Shown: positions 1-9,606 of the stretch, one piece after another
Layout of the letters: every line of letters begins with the position of its first letter
Position numbering within the stretch: position 1 is the stretch's first letter
Source: a bacterium
Lineage (GTDB): Bacteria; Zixibacteria; MSB-5A5; GN15; FEB-12
Length of the DNA: 55,492 bases
Reading direction: 5' to 3'
Assembly (NCBI GenBank): GCA_043811375.1
Contig: JBDRNJ010000010.1
Location: 1 to 55,492, forward strand
Notes under the pieces: generated by a model
Databases searched by the model: none
What the model was told of the DNA's origin: nothing
What the model saw: only the letters and a program-made list of their open reading frames with translations
Made by a program: the position numbers and the translations under genes

Positions 1-39
1 ATCAAGGGAAACGCCCAGTATTGGACACCTTCAGCCGAG

Positions 40-693
40 GTGATAGCGCAGCGACTGGAGGCGTTCCAGGGTGGTTGGCTCGATCAAATGAGCGAACGGG
101 TATCGGGAGCACTCATGTTGCACACGTTTATCTATCTGGTATTCGGCGTCTGGCGCACGGTCGGTGTTATGCTCGCCGGCATGGCGCTGATGAAGTGGGG
201 CATAATCTCAGCCGAGAAATCGAGTCGATTCTATACAGTGACGCTCTTGATAGGGCTTGTGATTGGCTTACCCCTGATTGGGTACGGGGCCAGCCAGCAT
301 ATCGCTCATGATTGGTCAATGAAGTACTCACTTTTCGGCGGAACGCTGCCCAACTACTGGGGTTCTCTGCTGGTAGCGGCGGCCTATCTGTCGTTCTGGA
401 TGCTATCGTGTAAAAACCAATGGTTGGGCGGAATCCAACGCTCACTGGCCAGGGTCGGCCGGATGGCGTTCTCCAACTACATCTTGCAGACGCTTATCTG
501 CACCACTCTGTTCTACGGGCATGGATTCGGCCTGTTCGGACAGGTACCGCGGTGGGGTCAGTTGGCGATTACGGTAGCGATCTGGGTGGTACTGATTATT
601 GCGTCAAACTTGTGGATGACCCGTTTCCGTTTCGGCCCGCTCGAATGGCTCTGGCGAACGTTAACCTACGGCAAACGCCAACCGATGCGGTAG
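40..693 (+). CDS. DUF418/YeiB-family membrane protein (probably 5'-truncated by the window edge)
   Basis: Hydrophobic ORF with the family C-terminal motifs GRMAFSNYILQT and FRFGPLEWLWRTLTYG; the frame appears open upstream of 40. Confidence 0.85.
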   Translation: MIAQRLEAFQGGWLDQMSERVSGALMLHTFIYLVFGVWRTVGVMLAGMALMKWGIISAEKSSRFYTVTLLIGLVIGLPLIGYGASQHIAHDWSMKYSLFGGTLPNYWGSLLVAAAYLSFWMLSCKNQWLGGIQRSLARVGRMAFSNYILQTLICTTLFYGHGFGLFGQVPRWGQLAITVAIWVVLIIASNLWMTRFRFGPLEWLWRTLTYGKRQPMR

Positions 694-807
694 GTGGCAA
701 GTAGACGGGTGTCCCACCGCATGCGGTAGTTCGCATCGGGCTGAAAGTCCATAAGCGGCGTGGATGATACTCTAACCGGCAGCAGCAGGTGGGATTCGAG
801 TAGTCAT

Positions 808-870
808 GTCCGGACCGCAGGGGTCCGGACCTACAAGACTGCTGGGGCAGATGAGGACATCTGCCGCCCA
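808..870. repeat. Two REP-like hairpins in the convergent intergenic gap
   Basis: gtccggacc-gcagg-ggtccggac-ctac (808-834) and tggggcagatg-agga-catctgccgcccac (843-870); relatives at 6726-6756 and 6867-6895. Confidence 0.75.
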
Positions 871-892
871 CAAATTGCCGCGCGCGGTTGTT

Positions 893-1795
893 TTACACCT
901 CTGAAAAAATCACGCCGCCAACAGTGATCACACCCCCGATTACAAACGACCAGCCCAGCGGTTCGTTGAGCATGAAGTAAGCTACACCGGCAACAACGAC
1001 CGGCTGGAGGTTGTGATATATCGCCAGCCGCGAGGCTTCCATCCGTTTGAGCAGCCAATACCACAGCGAGTAGGCAATGACGGACGTGCCGATGGCAACA
1101 TACAGCACCGTGAGCCAGTCGGTAGTGGTAGTGCCGGAGTAGTCAAACTCGATAGCCCGGTAAAGACCGAACGGGAAATAAACCACCGACCCGGACACCA
1201 GCGCCCAGGCCGTCGTGCGAAAGACACCGTACTTTTGCACCAGCGGTTTACCCAGCACCGTGTAATAAGCCCAGGCAATCACCGCCAGAAGAATCATCAG
1301 ATCACCCAGCAGGTACTCTGTGCCTGTCTTGACGGCGCCGGCGGTAATGACTATGAAAACACCGATCAGCGCGATCACCAGGCCGACTATTCGTCGCCAG
1401 TGCAGTTTTTCTTTTAAGTGGATTACCGCCAGGATGAATATCCACAGCGGCACCGTGGCAAACAAAACCGCCCCATGTCCGGCGGCGGTGAGTGACTGCC
1501 CGAATAAATAGGCGGTCTGGTTGAGAATGATTATCAGAAGACCCAGACCGATCAGTTTTGGGTAATCGCCCCGTTCGATGGGACGATCGTAGCGACGGCA
1601 TCGCACAATAAGAATCAGAAACACCGATGAGATGCCGTAACGAAAGAAAGCGAACGTGAACGGCTCAATCGCCGCCAGCCCGTATTTGGCAATGGGGAAA
1701 GTAAGCGCCCCCAGCAGTTGCTGAACCAGTAGGACAGTCAGTATCAGGCCCAGACTGTGCCGGGTGTCACTTCCCTGGGACAGTGTTGGTGTCAC
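893..1795 (-). CDS. DMT/EamA family transporter
   Basis: About 10 TM segments in two EamA repeats (FAFFRY, LKEKL, GDLMILLAVIAWAYY, LNEPL). Confidence 0.92.
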   Translation of the reverse strand: MTPTLSQGSDTRHSLGLILTVLLVQQLLGALTFPIAKYGLAAIEPFTFAFFRYGISSVFLILIVRCRRYDRPIERGDYPKLIGLGLLIIILNQTAYLFGQSLTAAGHGAVLFATVPLWIFILAVIHLKEKLHWRRIVGLVIALIGVFIVITAGAVKTGTEYLLGDLMILLAVIAWAYYTVLGKPLVQKYGVFRTTAWALVSGSVVYFPFGLYRAIEFDYSGTTTTDWLTVLYVAIGTSVIAYSLWYWLLKRMEASRLAIYHNLQPVVVAGVAYFMLNEPLGWSFVIGGVITVGGVIFSEV

Positions 1796-1874
1796 CGCTG
1801 CCGCCGCTGCCGGTCACGGGCTGTTGTGTTCGATGTCGTCGACCACACCTGCTGCCCCGACACCGACTGTCTGC

Positions 1875-2654
1875 TCATATCAGGGCTTTGTTGAGGCCAC
1901 CGTCGACGGGGATCGATGTCCCGGTTATGTAGGCAGCTCGGTCACTGGCTAGGAAGGCTATCAGGGCGGCCAGTTCCTGAGGTTTGCCTATCCGTCGAGA
2001 CGGGCAGGCGGTTGCAAAACCGGCCATTACCTCCCCGGCCGTTCGGTCGGAATCTTCAGACAGTTTACCGGCCAGTTGCGACAGCCGCTCGGTGGCGGTA
2101 TACCCGGGACAGACACAATTGGCGGTAATGCCATACTGCGCGTAGTTGTTGGAGATCGTCTTACAGAAGGCTGTTACACCGGCCCGAAAGGTGTTGGAAA
2201 GAATCAGGCTGTCGACCGGCTGTAACACGCCTATCGATGTAATGTAGATCAGGCGTCCCCAACCCCGTTCCTTCAAACCGCCGATAACGGCTCGTGTCAA
2301 GCTGATAGCCGAATGAAGCACCAGTTCTCCGGCTTCCTGCCAGCGCTCGGCGGGATGGTCGGCTACGTCGCCCGGCGGCGGGCCGCCACCGTTGGAGACC
2401 AGTATGTCTATTTCACCCGCCGTCTGAACGATTTTGGAGATGTCATCGGCACGGGAAATGTCACCAACCGACAACCTCGGGCTAACGCCGGTAGCAGAGT
2501 GAATACTCGCAGCAGTTTTTTCAAGTCGCTTGAGATCACGGCCGTTAATGACAACCTCGACCCCTTCCTGAGCCAGAGCCATTGCTGCCGCCGCGCCTAA
2601 TCCGGCCGAGGAACCGGTCACCAGCGCCCGTCGTCCTTTCAGACCGAGATCCAT
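1875..2654 (-). CDS. SDR family oxidoreductase
   Basis: MDLGLKGRRALVTGSSAGLG, DILVSNGGGPP, CPGYTAT, VDGG; the ATG at 2654 overlaps the upstream stop (TAATG). Confidence 0.93.
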   Translation of the reverse strand: MDLGLKGRRALVTGSSAGLGAAAAMALAQEGVEVVINGRDLKRLEKTAASIHSATGVSPRLSVGDISRADDISKIVQTAGEIDILVSNGGGPPPGDVADHPAERWQEAGELVLHSAISLTRAVIGGLKERGWGRLIYITSIGVLQPVDSLILSNTFRAGVTAFCKTISNNYAQYGITANCVCPGYTATERLSQLAGKLSEDSDRTAGEVMAGFATACPSRRIGKPQELAALIAFLASDRAAYITGTSIPVDGGLNKALI

Positions 2655-4021
2655 TACCGTTTCACTCCGGCCAGTTCCACCGGCAGTGCTGCTGCAGTGC
2701 GGCAACCCCGCTCAAAATCGATTATGCGGAATCGTTCGTTGGGGGAGTGGACATTGTCATCGTTCTGACCAAGACCTATCAACAGCGTGTCGATACCGAG
2801 GATGCTCTTGAAATCAGCAACCACCGGAATCGAACCACCTTCCCGCATAAATACCGGGGTCTTGCCGAAACCGGTCTTGACGGCACGTGCGGCGGCACCC
2901 AGCCAGGGTCCGTCAGTGGGTATCATCACAGCTCTGCCGCCGCCATGTTTGATTACTTTCACACGAACCGATTTGGGAGCGATCTTTTTCAGATGCTTCT
3001 CAATCTTGTTGCATATGTCTTTGGGGTCCATGTCCGGTACCAGCCTCATGGTAATCTTGCAGGAAGCCATAGCCGGAATGATTGTCTTGCCGCCTTCGCC
3101 CTGGTAGCCACCGGCGATACCGTTGATATCCAGCGTGGGACGCGCCCAGCATCGCTCCATAGTGGTGTAACCTTTCTCACCGTGTAATGCCGGAACACGC
3201 AGAGACTTTTTGTAAGCCGTTTCGTTGAACGGGAGTTTCTTGAACTGCCGGCGTTGCCACTGGCTGACCGGCTTGACATCCCGATAGAAACCCGGGATCG
3301 CTATTTTACCGTTCTTGTCATGCAACTGCCCGACCATATCGCACAGGACGTTGACCGGGTTGGCGATTGTACCACCAAAACCGCCGGAGTGAACATCACG
3401 GTCGGGACCATAGACAAACAGTTCCACGAAGGCGATACCGCGCAGACCGAACGTCACCGCCGGTAACGTCTTGCTGAACTGAGACGTATCGGAAACTACG
3501 GCGATGTCGGATTTTAGCAGTTTCTTGTTCTTGCGGATGAACCTGGGGAGGTTTTCCGAGGCTGTTTCTTCTTCGCCCTCAATAAGCAACCTGACGTTGA
3601 TCGGTAATGTGCCGGTTGTTTCCAGCACCGCCTGGAGGCCTTTAATCTGGGCGAACACCTGACCTTTGTCATCGCAGGCACCCCGGGCATAGATGTAGCC
3701 CTTGCGAACTACCGGCTTGAACGGAGCCGACTGCCACAGGTTGAGCGGCTCCGGTGGTTGCACGTCGTAGTGGCCATAATACAACACCGTGGGTGCGTTG
3801 CCGTCGGCTTTGTATTCAGCATAGACTACCGGATGCCCGCCGGTGAGCATGGTGCGAGCCTTGAAGCCGATCCCCTTGAGATGCCGGGTCAGCCACCGGG
3901 CACAGGCAATCATGTCTTTTTTGTGTTCCGATTTGGCCGATACTGACGGAAACCTCAGGAATTCAAACAGGTCCCGCTGTCTTTGTTTTTCTGTCTTCTT
4001 GAGATACTGAAAGGGGGTCAT
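2654..4021 (-). CDS. M20 family dipeptidase (CNDP/Dug1-like)
   Basis: YGHYDVQP, ARGACDDKGQ, EGEEE, DVHSG, NVHSPNE; likely start MTPFQY at 4021. Confidence 0.93.
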   Translation of the reverse strand: MTPFQYLKKTEKQRQRDLFEFLRFPSVSAKSEHKKDMIACARWLTRHLKGIGFKARTMLTGGHPVVYAEYKADGNAPTVLYYGHYDVQPPEPLNLWQSAPFKPVVRKGYIYARGACDDKGQVFAQIKGLQAVLETTGTLPINVRLLIEGEEETASENLPRFIRKNKKLLKSDIAVVSDTSQFSKTLPAVTFGLRGIAFVELFVYGPDRDVHSGGFGGTIANPVNVLCDMVGQLHDKNGKIAIPGFYRDVKPVSQWQRRQFKKLPFNETAYKKSLRVPALHGEKGYTTMERCWARPTLDINGIAGGYQGEGGKTIIPAMASCKITMRLVPDMDPKDICNKIEKHLKKIAPKSVRVKVIKHGGGRAVMIPTDGPWLGAAARAVKTGFGKTPVFMREGGSIPVVADFKSILGIDTLLIGLGQNDDNVHSPNERFRIIDFERGCRTAAALPVELAGVKR

Positions 4022-4225
4022 TCGACAAGCTCCTATGTTATACGTGCGTAGTTTTACTAAATATACACTGAGGTTCATACACTGTAAAGGAGATTGGATA
4101 CGGCACAGGCTCGCTGACGGCTTTCCAGGTGCAATTCCTTGCGCAGAAATATGTTGACTTCGCCAGGTAATGACAATAAATTGCCGCAACTCGTAGAGTA
4201 AATCATACTCCCTGGTGAGATTCCG

Positions 4226-4959
4226 ATGAAACAATTCGCTTTCATATGCGTCCTTCTGGTACCGGTCGTCCTTATGACCTGCAGGTTATCAAACAACCCG
4301 GTAGAAGGACCGCTTTTTTCGCTGAGAGTTGTTGATACTGCGGGCACGGCTATGACCAATCTTCGTGTGGGAAGCATCAATCATTCCAGTTACTTGTCAA
4401 AGCGGTCAGCCCCGCAAAAAGTTTGTCCCACTACCGGAATCGACTTTGACCTGCCTTTTGCAGCACAGGTAACACTTGAAATCGTTAATTATTACGGTGG
4501 ACATGTGGCTTCGCTGCTGGACAGTACCAACATTGAAGCTGGGGGGCACGTTATCGAGTGGGATGGACGAGATGATACTGGTGAACAGGTCCTTAGTGGG
4601 TATTACCGATATCAGCTCACCGCCTGGGACAGCGACACGGTTCTGCTCACTACAGCCACTGGATGGTTTTGGAGCTTGGTCCGGATCCGGCACAGACAAT
4701 AATCGGCAGAACCGGCGACCAAGGCCGGTTTGTCACCAACGATACCCTCCTCTTTCCCTGCCTGCTGGGAGCAGTACCTGAGATCACTCTAACCGATGAC
4801 ACCGGGCTGGTGATTACTATCTATGATTTTTATCAGGATACAGTAACGATCACACTGTCCGATACCATCCGGCCGGATCGATTCATGTATTTCAATAAGG
4901 GACTGGTCACCGAAGGCAACCGCTTCGAACTGGTGTGGGATTCATCGCTGGCGTATTAG
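4226..4959 (+). pseudogene. FlgD Ig-like domain lipoprotein split by a frameshift (4226-4702 / 4663-4959)
   Basis: Lipoprotein-like signal (LMTC) and FlgD_ig motif (TGIDFDLP..VTLEIVN..WDGRDDTG..SGYYRYQL); a second overlapping frame continues with plausible beta-rich sequence. Confidence 0.6.
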
Positions 4960-4983
4960 GAACGATTCCGACCCGGAAGCACT

Positions 4984-5775
4984 TTAGTAGTTCTTGCGTT
5001 TGAAGACGACTACCGCCAGCACCGTGCAGGCAAAGGCGAACATCAACGAACTGTACAGTGGCAGCCAGCTCTCGACCGGTTTGCCCAGAGCCAGGGTGTC
5101 GATCAGACTGGCCAGTTCGCCAGTTTTGGGTACGATATAGTAGAGGGTGTCGATTACATAACTGACCGGTTGGGAATCGACGAAGGCGTTAATCTCTTCA
5201 TGGAAGTGCAGTATCTTCTGAGCTACCCAGACCAGGAAGGCCGACATCATGGCAATGGCCGTCGATCCGGAAACGACCCCGACCGTTATGGTGACACTGA
5301 GCCAGATAAACAGGCTGACCAGATAGAGACCGAACAGATACAACACCCGCCAGTCGAAGAAACCATGCACCAGTACCAGGGTCACATAACAAATAACACC
5401 ACATAATAAGATCATAGCGCCATATACGAGCCAGATGGCCAGTGTCTTGTTCAGCAGGAGGCCAGCTCTTGAGATCGGTTTGGACAGGTAGTAATCGGCC
5501 CGGCCGCGCACCAACATGGTCGGTATCACACCGGCGGTGGCCAGGACCGTCAGGAAAACGACAAACGCCAGAAAGCCGCTTAGCGCCATAGTGACCGGGT
5601 TGCGCAGGTAGTCACCCAGGGAACCAAAATCCATATCCCCCTCCATGCGGATCTCCATATCCACTTGTGGTGTGAGCACTGCCACCACGACTCCGATCAG
5701 CGTCACCGCCAGGAATATCCAGACCGTTTTGCGGTCAAACATCTCCACCAGGCTGTCACGGACAAGACCCCTCAT
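4984..5775 (-). CDS. ABC-2 type transporter permease
   Basis: 6 TM segments, GRADYYLSKPISR motif, coupled to the ATPase gene. Confidence 0.88.
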   Translation of the reverse strand: MRGLVRDSLVEMFDRKTVWIFLAVTLIGVVVAVLTPQVDMEIRMEGDMDFGSLGDYLRNPVTMALSGFLAFVVFLTVLATAGVIPTMLVRGRADYYLSKPISRAGLLLNKTLAIWLVYGAMILLCGVICYVTLVLVHGFFDWRVLYLFGLYLVSLFIWLSVTITVGVVSGSTAIAMMSAFLVWVAQKILHFHEEINAFVDSQPVSYVIDTLYYIVPKTGELASLIDTLALGKPVESWLPLYSSLMFAFACTVLAVVVFKRKNY

Positions 5776-6704
5776 GGACTGGTTTCCTTCGTCGCGGTGA
5801 TAGTTTCCAGGAACGACTGCTCCAGTGAGACTTTTCTTGGCTGCACTGATTTGATTCTGATCTGCTTCATGCGCATCTGGTCGATTATGTAGTTTATAGC
5901 CGCTTCCTCGACCAACTCGACAACGAGGTTCTTCGAAGAGACGGTGATAATCTTGCCGACCTTGGCAGGTATCTCGATGACATGGTTGCCGATCTCAGCC
6001 TCGACTTCGTACTGACTGGCCCTGATGGTCAACTCCTCGACGCTGCTGATCTTGATCAACTTGCCCCGCGACAGGATAGCCACCCGGTCGGCGACAGCTT
6101 CCACTTCGGACAGCAGGTGCGAGTTGAGCACAATCGACTTGCCTTCCGAACGCACTTTCTTGAGCACGTCGCGAATTTCCATCTTGCCCACCGGATCAAC
6201 CCCGTCGGTCGGCTCATCCAGCAGCAGAATATCGGGGTCACATATCAGCGATTGTGCCAGGCCGATTCGTTGCGACATCCCCTTGGAGTACTTCCTGATC
6301 CTGGTGTTGGCCCAGCGATCCATACCGACCAGCTCCAGCAACTCGTCGGTGCGCTCATCGATCTGTGCATGCGACATTCCGTACATGCGACCGGTAAACT
6401 CCAACAGTCCCAGCCCGGTCAGGTGCGATGGGAAACGGTGGTTTTCGGGCAGATAGCCGACTTTCTGGCGTGACAACGGGTCATCGGATCCCAGCCCGCC
6501 GATAGTGGCGCTGCCGGAATTGGCGTGGGTTATACCCAGCAGCACTTTCAGGAAAGTCGTCTTGCCGGCCCCGTTGGGTCCCAGCAGGCCAAACACTTCC
6601 CCCTGCTCCACGGAGAGAGTGACATTGTCGAGCGCGACGACACCCTTCTTCCTGACGCCACCGGGGTATACCTTGGACAACTGTTGGACGTCAACGATGT
6701 TCAT
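5772..6704 (-). CDS. ABC transporter ATP-binding protein
   Basis: Walker A GPNGAGKTT, signature YSKGM, Walker B LLLDEPT, SH; likely start MNIVDV. Confidence 0.95.
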   Translation of the reverse strand: MNIVDVQQLSKVYPGGVRKKGVVALDNVTLSVEQGEVFGLLGPNGAGKTTFLKVLLGITHANSGSATIGGLGSDDPLSRQKVGYLPENHRFPSHLTGLGLLEFTGRMYGMSHAQIDERTDELLELVGMDRWANTRIRKYSKGMSQRIGLAQSLICDPDILLLDEPTDGVDPVGKMEIRDVLKKVRSEGKSIVLNSHLLSEVEAVADRVAILSRGKLIKISSVEELTIRASQYEVEAEIGNHVIEIPAKVGKIITVSSKNLVVELVEEAAINYIIDQMRMKQIRIKSVQPRKVSLEQSFLETITATKETSP

Positions 6705-6725
6705 CTTACAACCTGCTGCATAGTC

Positions 6726-6756
6726 ATTCGTCAGGACCACAAGGGTCCTGACCTAC
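6726..6756 (-). repeat. GTAG-type REP-like palindrome
   Basis: attcgtcaggacc-acaag-ggtcctgacctac; near-identical copies at 24460-24490 and 47179-47209. Confidence 0.85.
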
Positions 6757-6972
6757 GATTCTGTGTTAATTTGTAATAATTGATACGTGTTTGTAAAGCA
6801 TAAGTTTAAGGCTTCGCCTTTCTTGTGGGCTTCGCCCCTTTTACCACCGGTCGCGCCCACTATTCTGTGGGCGGCAGATGACCACATCTGCCCCATTCTT
6901 TGAACAGATGTACCAGCGGGTGGGTTTATCACGAATGGGAAGCCGTCCAGTCGAATCAAGACCGATCTGATA

Positions 6973-7103
6973 GGGCTTGTTGAAAAAGTCCCATTCACGT
7001 CACTGCGAGCGACAGCGTGGCAATCTCGGATATTGAATGTCAACGAGATAGCCACGTCGCTTCGCTCCTCGCTATGACGTTTGTTAGGTTTATCAACAGG
7101 CCT
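6973..7103 (+). mobile_element. 131-bp MITE-like element, copy A
   Basis: Terminal inverted repeats GGGCTTGTTGAAAAA...TTTATCAACAGGCCT with an internal palindrome (cgtcactgcgagcgacagcgtggcaatctc...gagatagccacgtcgcttcgctcctcgctatgacg); near-identical to 24255-24385 and 25667-25797. Confidence 0.85.
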
Positions 7104-7166
7104 GAAAGGTGGGGTACAAGTCAATTCTCCCTGGAAACAGGTTTGGAGGAACTACCCTTCGTACAT

Positions 7167-7439
7167 TCAGTCAATGTTCAATTGTCCCCAGAATGGAGTC
7201 CCAAGAGCAATAAACGTGTTATGTTGCTCCTGCGAGTAGAATTCAGTCTGCGCAGAATCAGGTATCTGCCAAGTTGCAGTGTCCGAACCGTGATCATAGT
7301 GGACAGGTCCAGCATTGCTTACTGCCAACGGCCCATACATTATTACAAAGCAGCCCAATGCACATACAATGTTTTCACTAATTCCCATTACTTCATCCTC
7401 CCATAAAAGCTTGAATCTCGAAATGCATCCACTTCCCAC
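7167..7439 (-). CDS. Short hypothetical protein or gene remnant
   Basis: AT-richer ORF with a signal-peptide-like segment (MGISENIVCALGCFVIMYGPLAVSNA), ending near MITE A; no motif recognised. Confidence 0.3.
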   Translation of the reverse strand: MGSGCISRFKLLWEDEVMGISENIVCALGCFVIMYGPLAVSNAGPVHYDHGSDTATWQIPDSAQTEFYSQEQHNTFIALGTPFWGQLNID

Positions 7440-7474
7440 ACAGACCAGGACACTAACCTCGCACGATGCTCTGG

Positions 7475-8470
7475 CTACTTAGATGTATTCATGTCCACAT
7501 ATATGAATTCATCTGAGAAAAGAACGTCTCTATCAACATACGTCCTGAATAGGTCAAACGAGCGCGAAAGAGATTCATCACCTAGGACATGATACCAAAG
7601 GCTGTCCTCCTGAGTGAAAGAATAATAGACACCCATGACGAAACCACAAACCCTCTCGCCATAATATTCGGCGTTAATATCTATTGAAGAAACAGGACCC
7701 TCATGAACTAAGCCCGGCTCGCAAGGTCCAGTCACGTAGTAATCAGCAATATGGTCGTCACTTGTATCAATGCCTACGCGGATCTTCTCCATCGGGTAGA
7801 GAAGAATGGTGTGGTCCTTGGTTTCATTATGTATTCTACCACTTGGTGTCCAGCTTGACACAGGTGCACTCTGATGAAACTCCGTAACAGAAAGACCTGA
7901 CGAAGTAGCGAACTTGAAACTATCAGTGGGTGTCAAGAAGAACATTAGCTTTTCAATTTGAACTGGAGAAATGTGGACCCATTCTGTATCCGTGCTTCCG
8001 GCAATCTGATAACTAACGCCCCATTCCTGACTAATGAGTGCAGGTTCATATGTGAAAATCCCTCCGAGATCTGTAGAATAACCTATTACACTATCTTTAT
8101 GTACATCACGTGCCAACACCCTGATCGGCGCTGTCTCGATTGATCCTCGAAGCCCGAACTTCCCGTTTTCAATACCTAGTATTTGGATAGTCCTGTCTAC
8201 TTCATCTTCATTGAAAATGCGAAATCTGATTTTTAACTTGGCCGCTTCAGCTGGACGAGTTCGTGACAGCAATATTGAATCAACCAATACTCTGCAATCA
8301 GGCTCCGAAAACCAGCCATAAACCGATTCACTGATATTCTCGATAATGGGCCTGAAGAATGTTCCCAAGAAGAAGACAATAATCCCTGTGAGGACACTGG
8401 CTGGTACCCAAACCGGCAGCTTCTTCTTTTTTACCTGTGTTTTATTAGTCATCTTCATCTTTGACAACAA
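7475..8470 (-). CDS. Hypothetical protein with an N-terminal membrane anchor
   Basis: 331-aa ORF with a basic N-terminus, one TM helix and a beta-rich remainder; visibly lower GC than neighbours. Confidence 0.7.
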   Translation of the reverse strand: MLSKMKMTNKTQVKKKKLPVWVPASVLTGIIVFFLGTFFRPIIENISESVYGWFSEPDCRVLVDSILLSRTRPAEAAKLKIRFRIFNEDEVDRTIQILGIENGKFGLRGSIETAPIRVLARDVHKDSVIGYSTDLGGIFTYEPALISQEWGVSYQIAGSTDTEWVHISPVQIEKLMFFLTPTDSFKFATSSGLSVTEFHQSAPVSSWTPSGRIHNETKDHTILLYPMEKIRVGIDTSDDHIADYYVTGPCEPGLVHEGPVSSIDINAEYYGERVCGFVMGVYYSFTQEDSLWYHVLGDESLSRSFDLFRTYVDRDVLFSDEFIYVDMNTSK

Positions 8471-8479
8471 CTGCTTCCC

Positions 8480-9433
8480 TCACTCCCACTCCTCCAACAT
8501 CTTCTTCTGCTCCTCAGTCAGCGTCTTAGGTATCTCGACTTTGATTTCGACATAAAGGTCGCCCGGGGAACCGCTGACAGCCAGGCCCTGACCCTTAAGG
8601 CGCATCGTCGTGCCCGGTTGCGTGCCCGGAGGGACAGTCAGGGCTACCTGTTTGGTGAGTGTCTTGACGTTCACCTTGCAGCCGAGAATCGCCTGCTTGA
8701 ACGAAATCGTCACAGTGGTGTAAATGTCGTTTCCCTTGCGCTCGAAGTTTTGATCCGGCATAACCTGCACCGTTATTATCAAGTCACCATTCTGGGCGCC
8801 TGGCGCCCCTTTTGGCCCCGGCATCCCCTGCCCGGCCAGACGAATCCTGCCGCCATTGTCGATACCGCGCGGAATCTTCACGGACAACGCCTTGCCAGTC
8901 TGCGGAATCCGCAACTTCCGTTTGGCGCCGTTGACCGCTTCCATAAACGACACCGACAGGGTAGTTGTCAAGTCCGCGCCTTTCTGAGCCTGTGGTCGCC
9001 CTCGTCCGCCAAAGGGATCCTGACCGCCACCACCACCCCGGCGACCGAAGAACGAGGCCATAATGTCATCGAGACCATTCATCCCCGATGAACTGAAACG
9101 AAACGTCTGGAAGCCGCCCCGGCCACCGGCGCCCTGGCGGAAGAGATCGGAGAAATCGAAATTGGCACCGCCCGTTCCCGGCCCGCCTCCCGGTCCGGCA
9201 CCGGCACCGGTGAAGGCGCCATACTTGCGCATGGTGTCATACTGCGACTTTTTTTTGATGTCGGAGAGGGTGTCGTACGCCTCGGAGATTTCCTTGAATT
9301 TCGCTTCGGCCGTTTTGTTGCCCTGGTTGCGGTCGGGGTGATACTTCTTGGCCAGAGTGCGGAAGGCACGTTTGATCTCTTCGGGTGAGGCGTTATCGCC
9401 GACGCCGAGTGTGTCGTAGTAGTTTTTACCCAT
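8480..9433 (-). CDS. Class B J-domain co-chaperone (DnaJ/CbpA-like, no zinc finger)
   Basis: J domain with HPD, G/F-rich linker, DnaJ_C domain; no CxxCxGxG repeats. Confidence 0.93.
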   Translation of the reverse strand: MGKNYYDTLGVGDNASPEEIKRAFRTLAKKYHPDRNQGNKTAEAKFKEISEAYDTLSDIKKKSQYDTMRKYGAFTGAGAGPGGGPGTGGANFDFSDLFRQGAGGRGGFQTFRFSSSGMNGLDDIMASFFGRRGGGGGQDPFGGRGRPQAQKGADLTTTLSVSFMEAVNGAKRKLRIPQTGKALSVKIPRGIDNGGRIRLAGQGMPGPKGAPGAQNGDLIITVQVMPDQNFERKGNDIYTTVTISFKQAILGCKVNVKTLTKQVALTVPPGTQPGTTMRLKGQGLAVSGSPGDLYVEIKVEIPKTLTEEQKKMLEEWE

Positions 9434-9462
9434 AGGTTGTTCGTTTCACTTCCGGTCTAATT

Positions 9463-9603
9463 GGCAGGTCTCTGCGAGACCTTCCCTACAAACTACTGCC
9501 TATCGTCATCAATGTCAGCCAGAGTCGGCTGACACCACTTGTAGACACTACTCGCAGGTCGGGTTCCGGTGGTATCGCCACCCTTATGAGAAACCCGACC
9601 TAC
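9463..9603. repeat. Cluster of REP-like hairpins between dnaK and the J-protein gene
   Basis: ggcaggtctc-tgc-gagaccttccctac (9463-9489, same family as 47219-47346); tgtcagcc..ggctgaca (9513-9534); gcaggtcgggtt...aacccgacctac (9554-9603). Confidence 0.7.
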
Positions 9604-9606
9604 TGC

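Noticed and set aside
4022..4234. N-terminal extensions in the ORF track (dipeptidase; also 2655-2705, 22711-22830, 35013-35228, 49922-50103)
   Set aside because: They overlap neighbouring genes or promoter regions and precede better starts with an SD, a signal peptide or a family-typical N-terminus.
6753..7406. ORFs 6753-7124, 7017-7406, 24137-24454, 24299-24739, 29558-29758 and 31885-32079 sharing peptides such as RHSEERSDVAIS
   Set aside because: They are translations of the palindromic repeat element, not independent genes.
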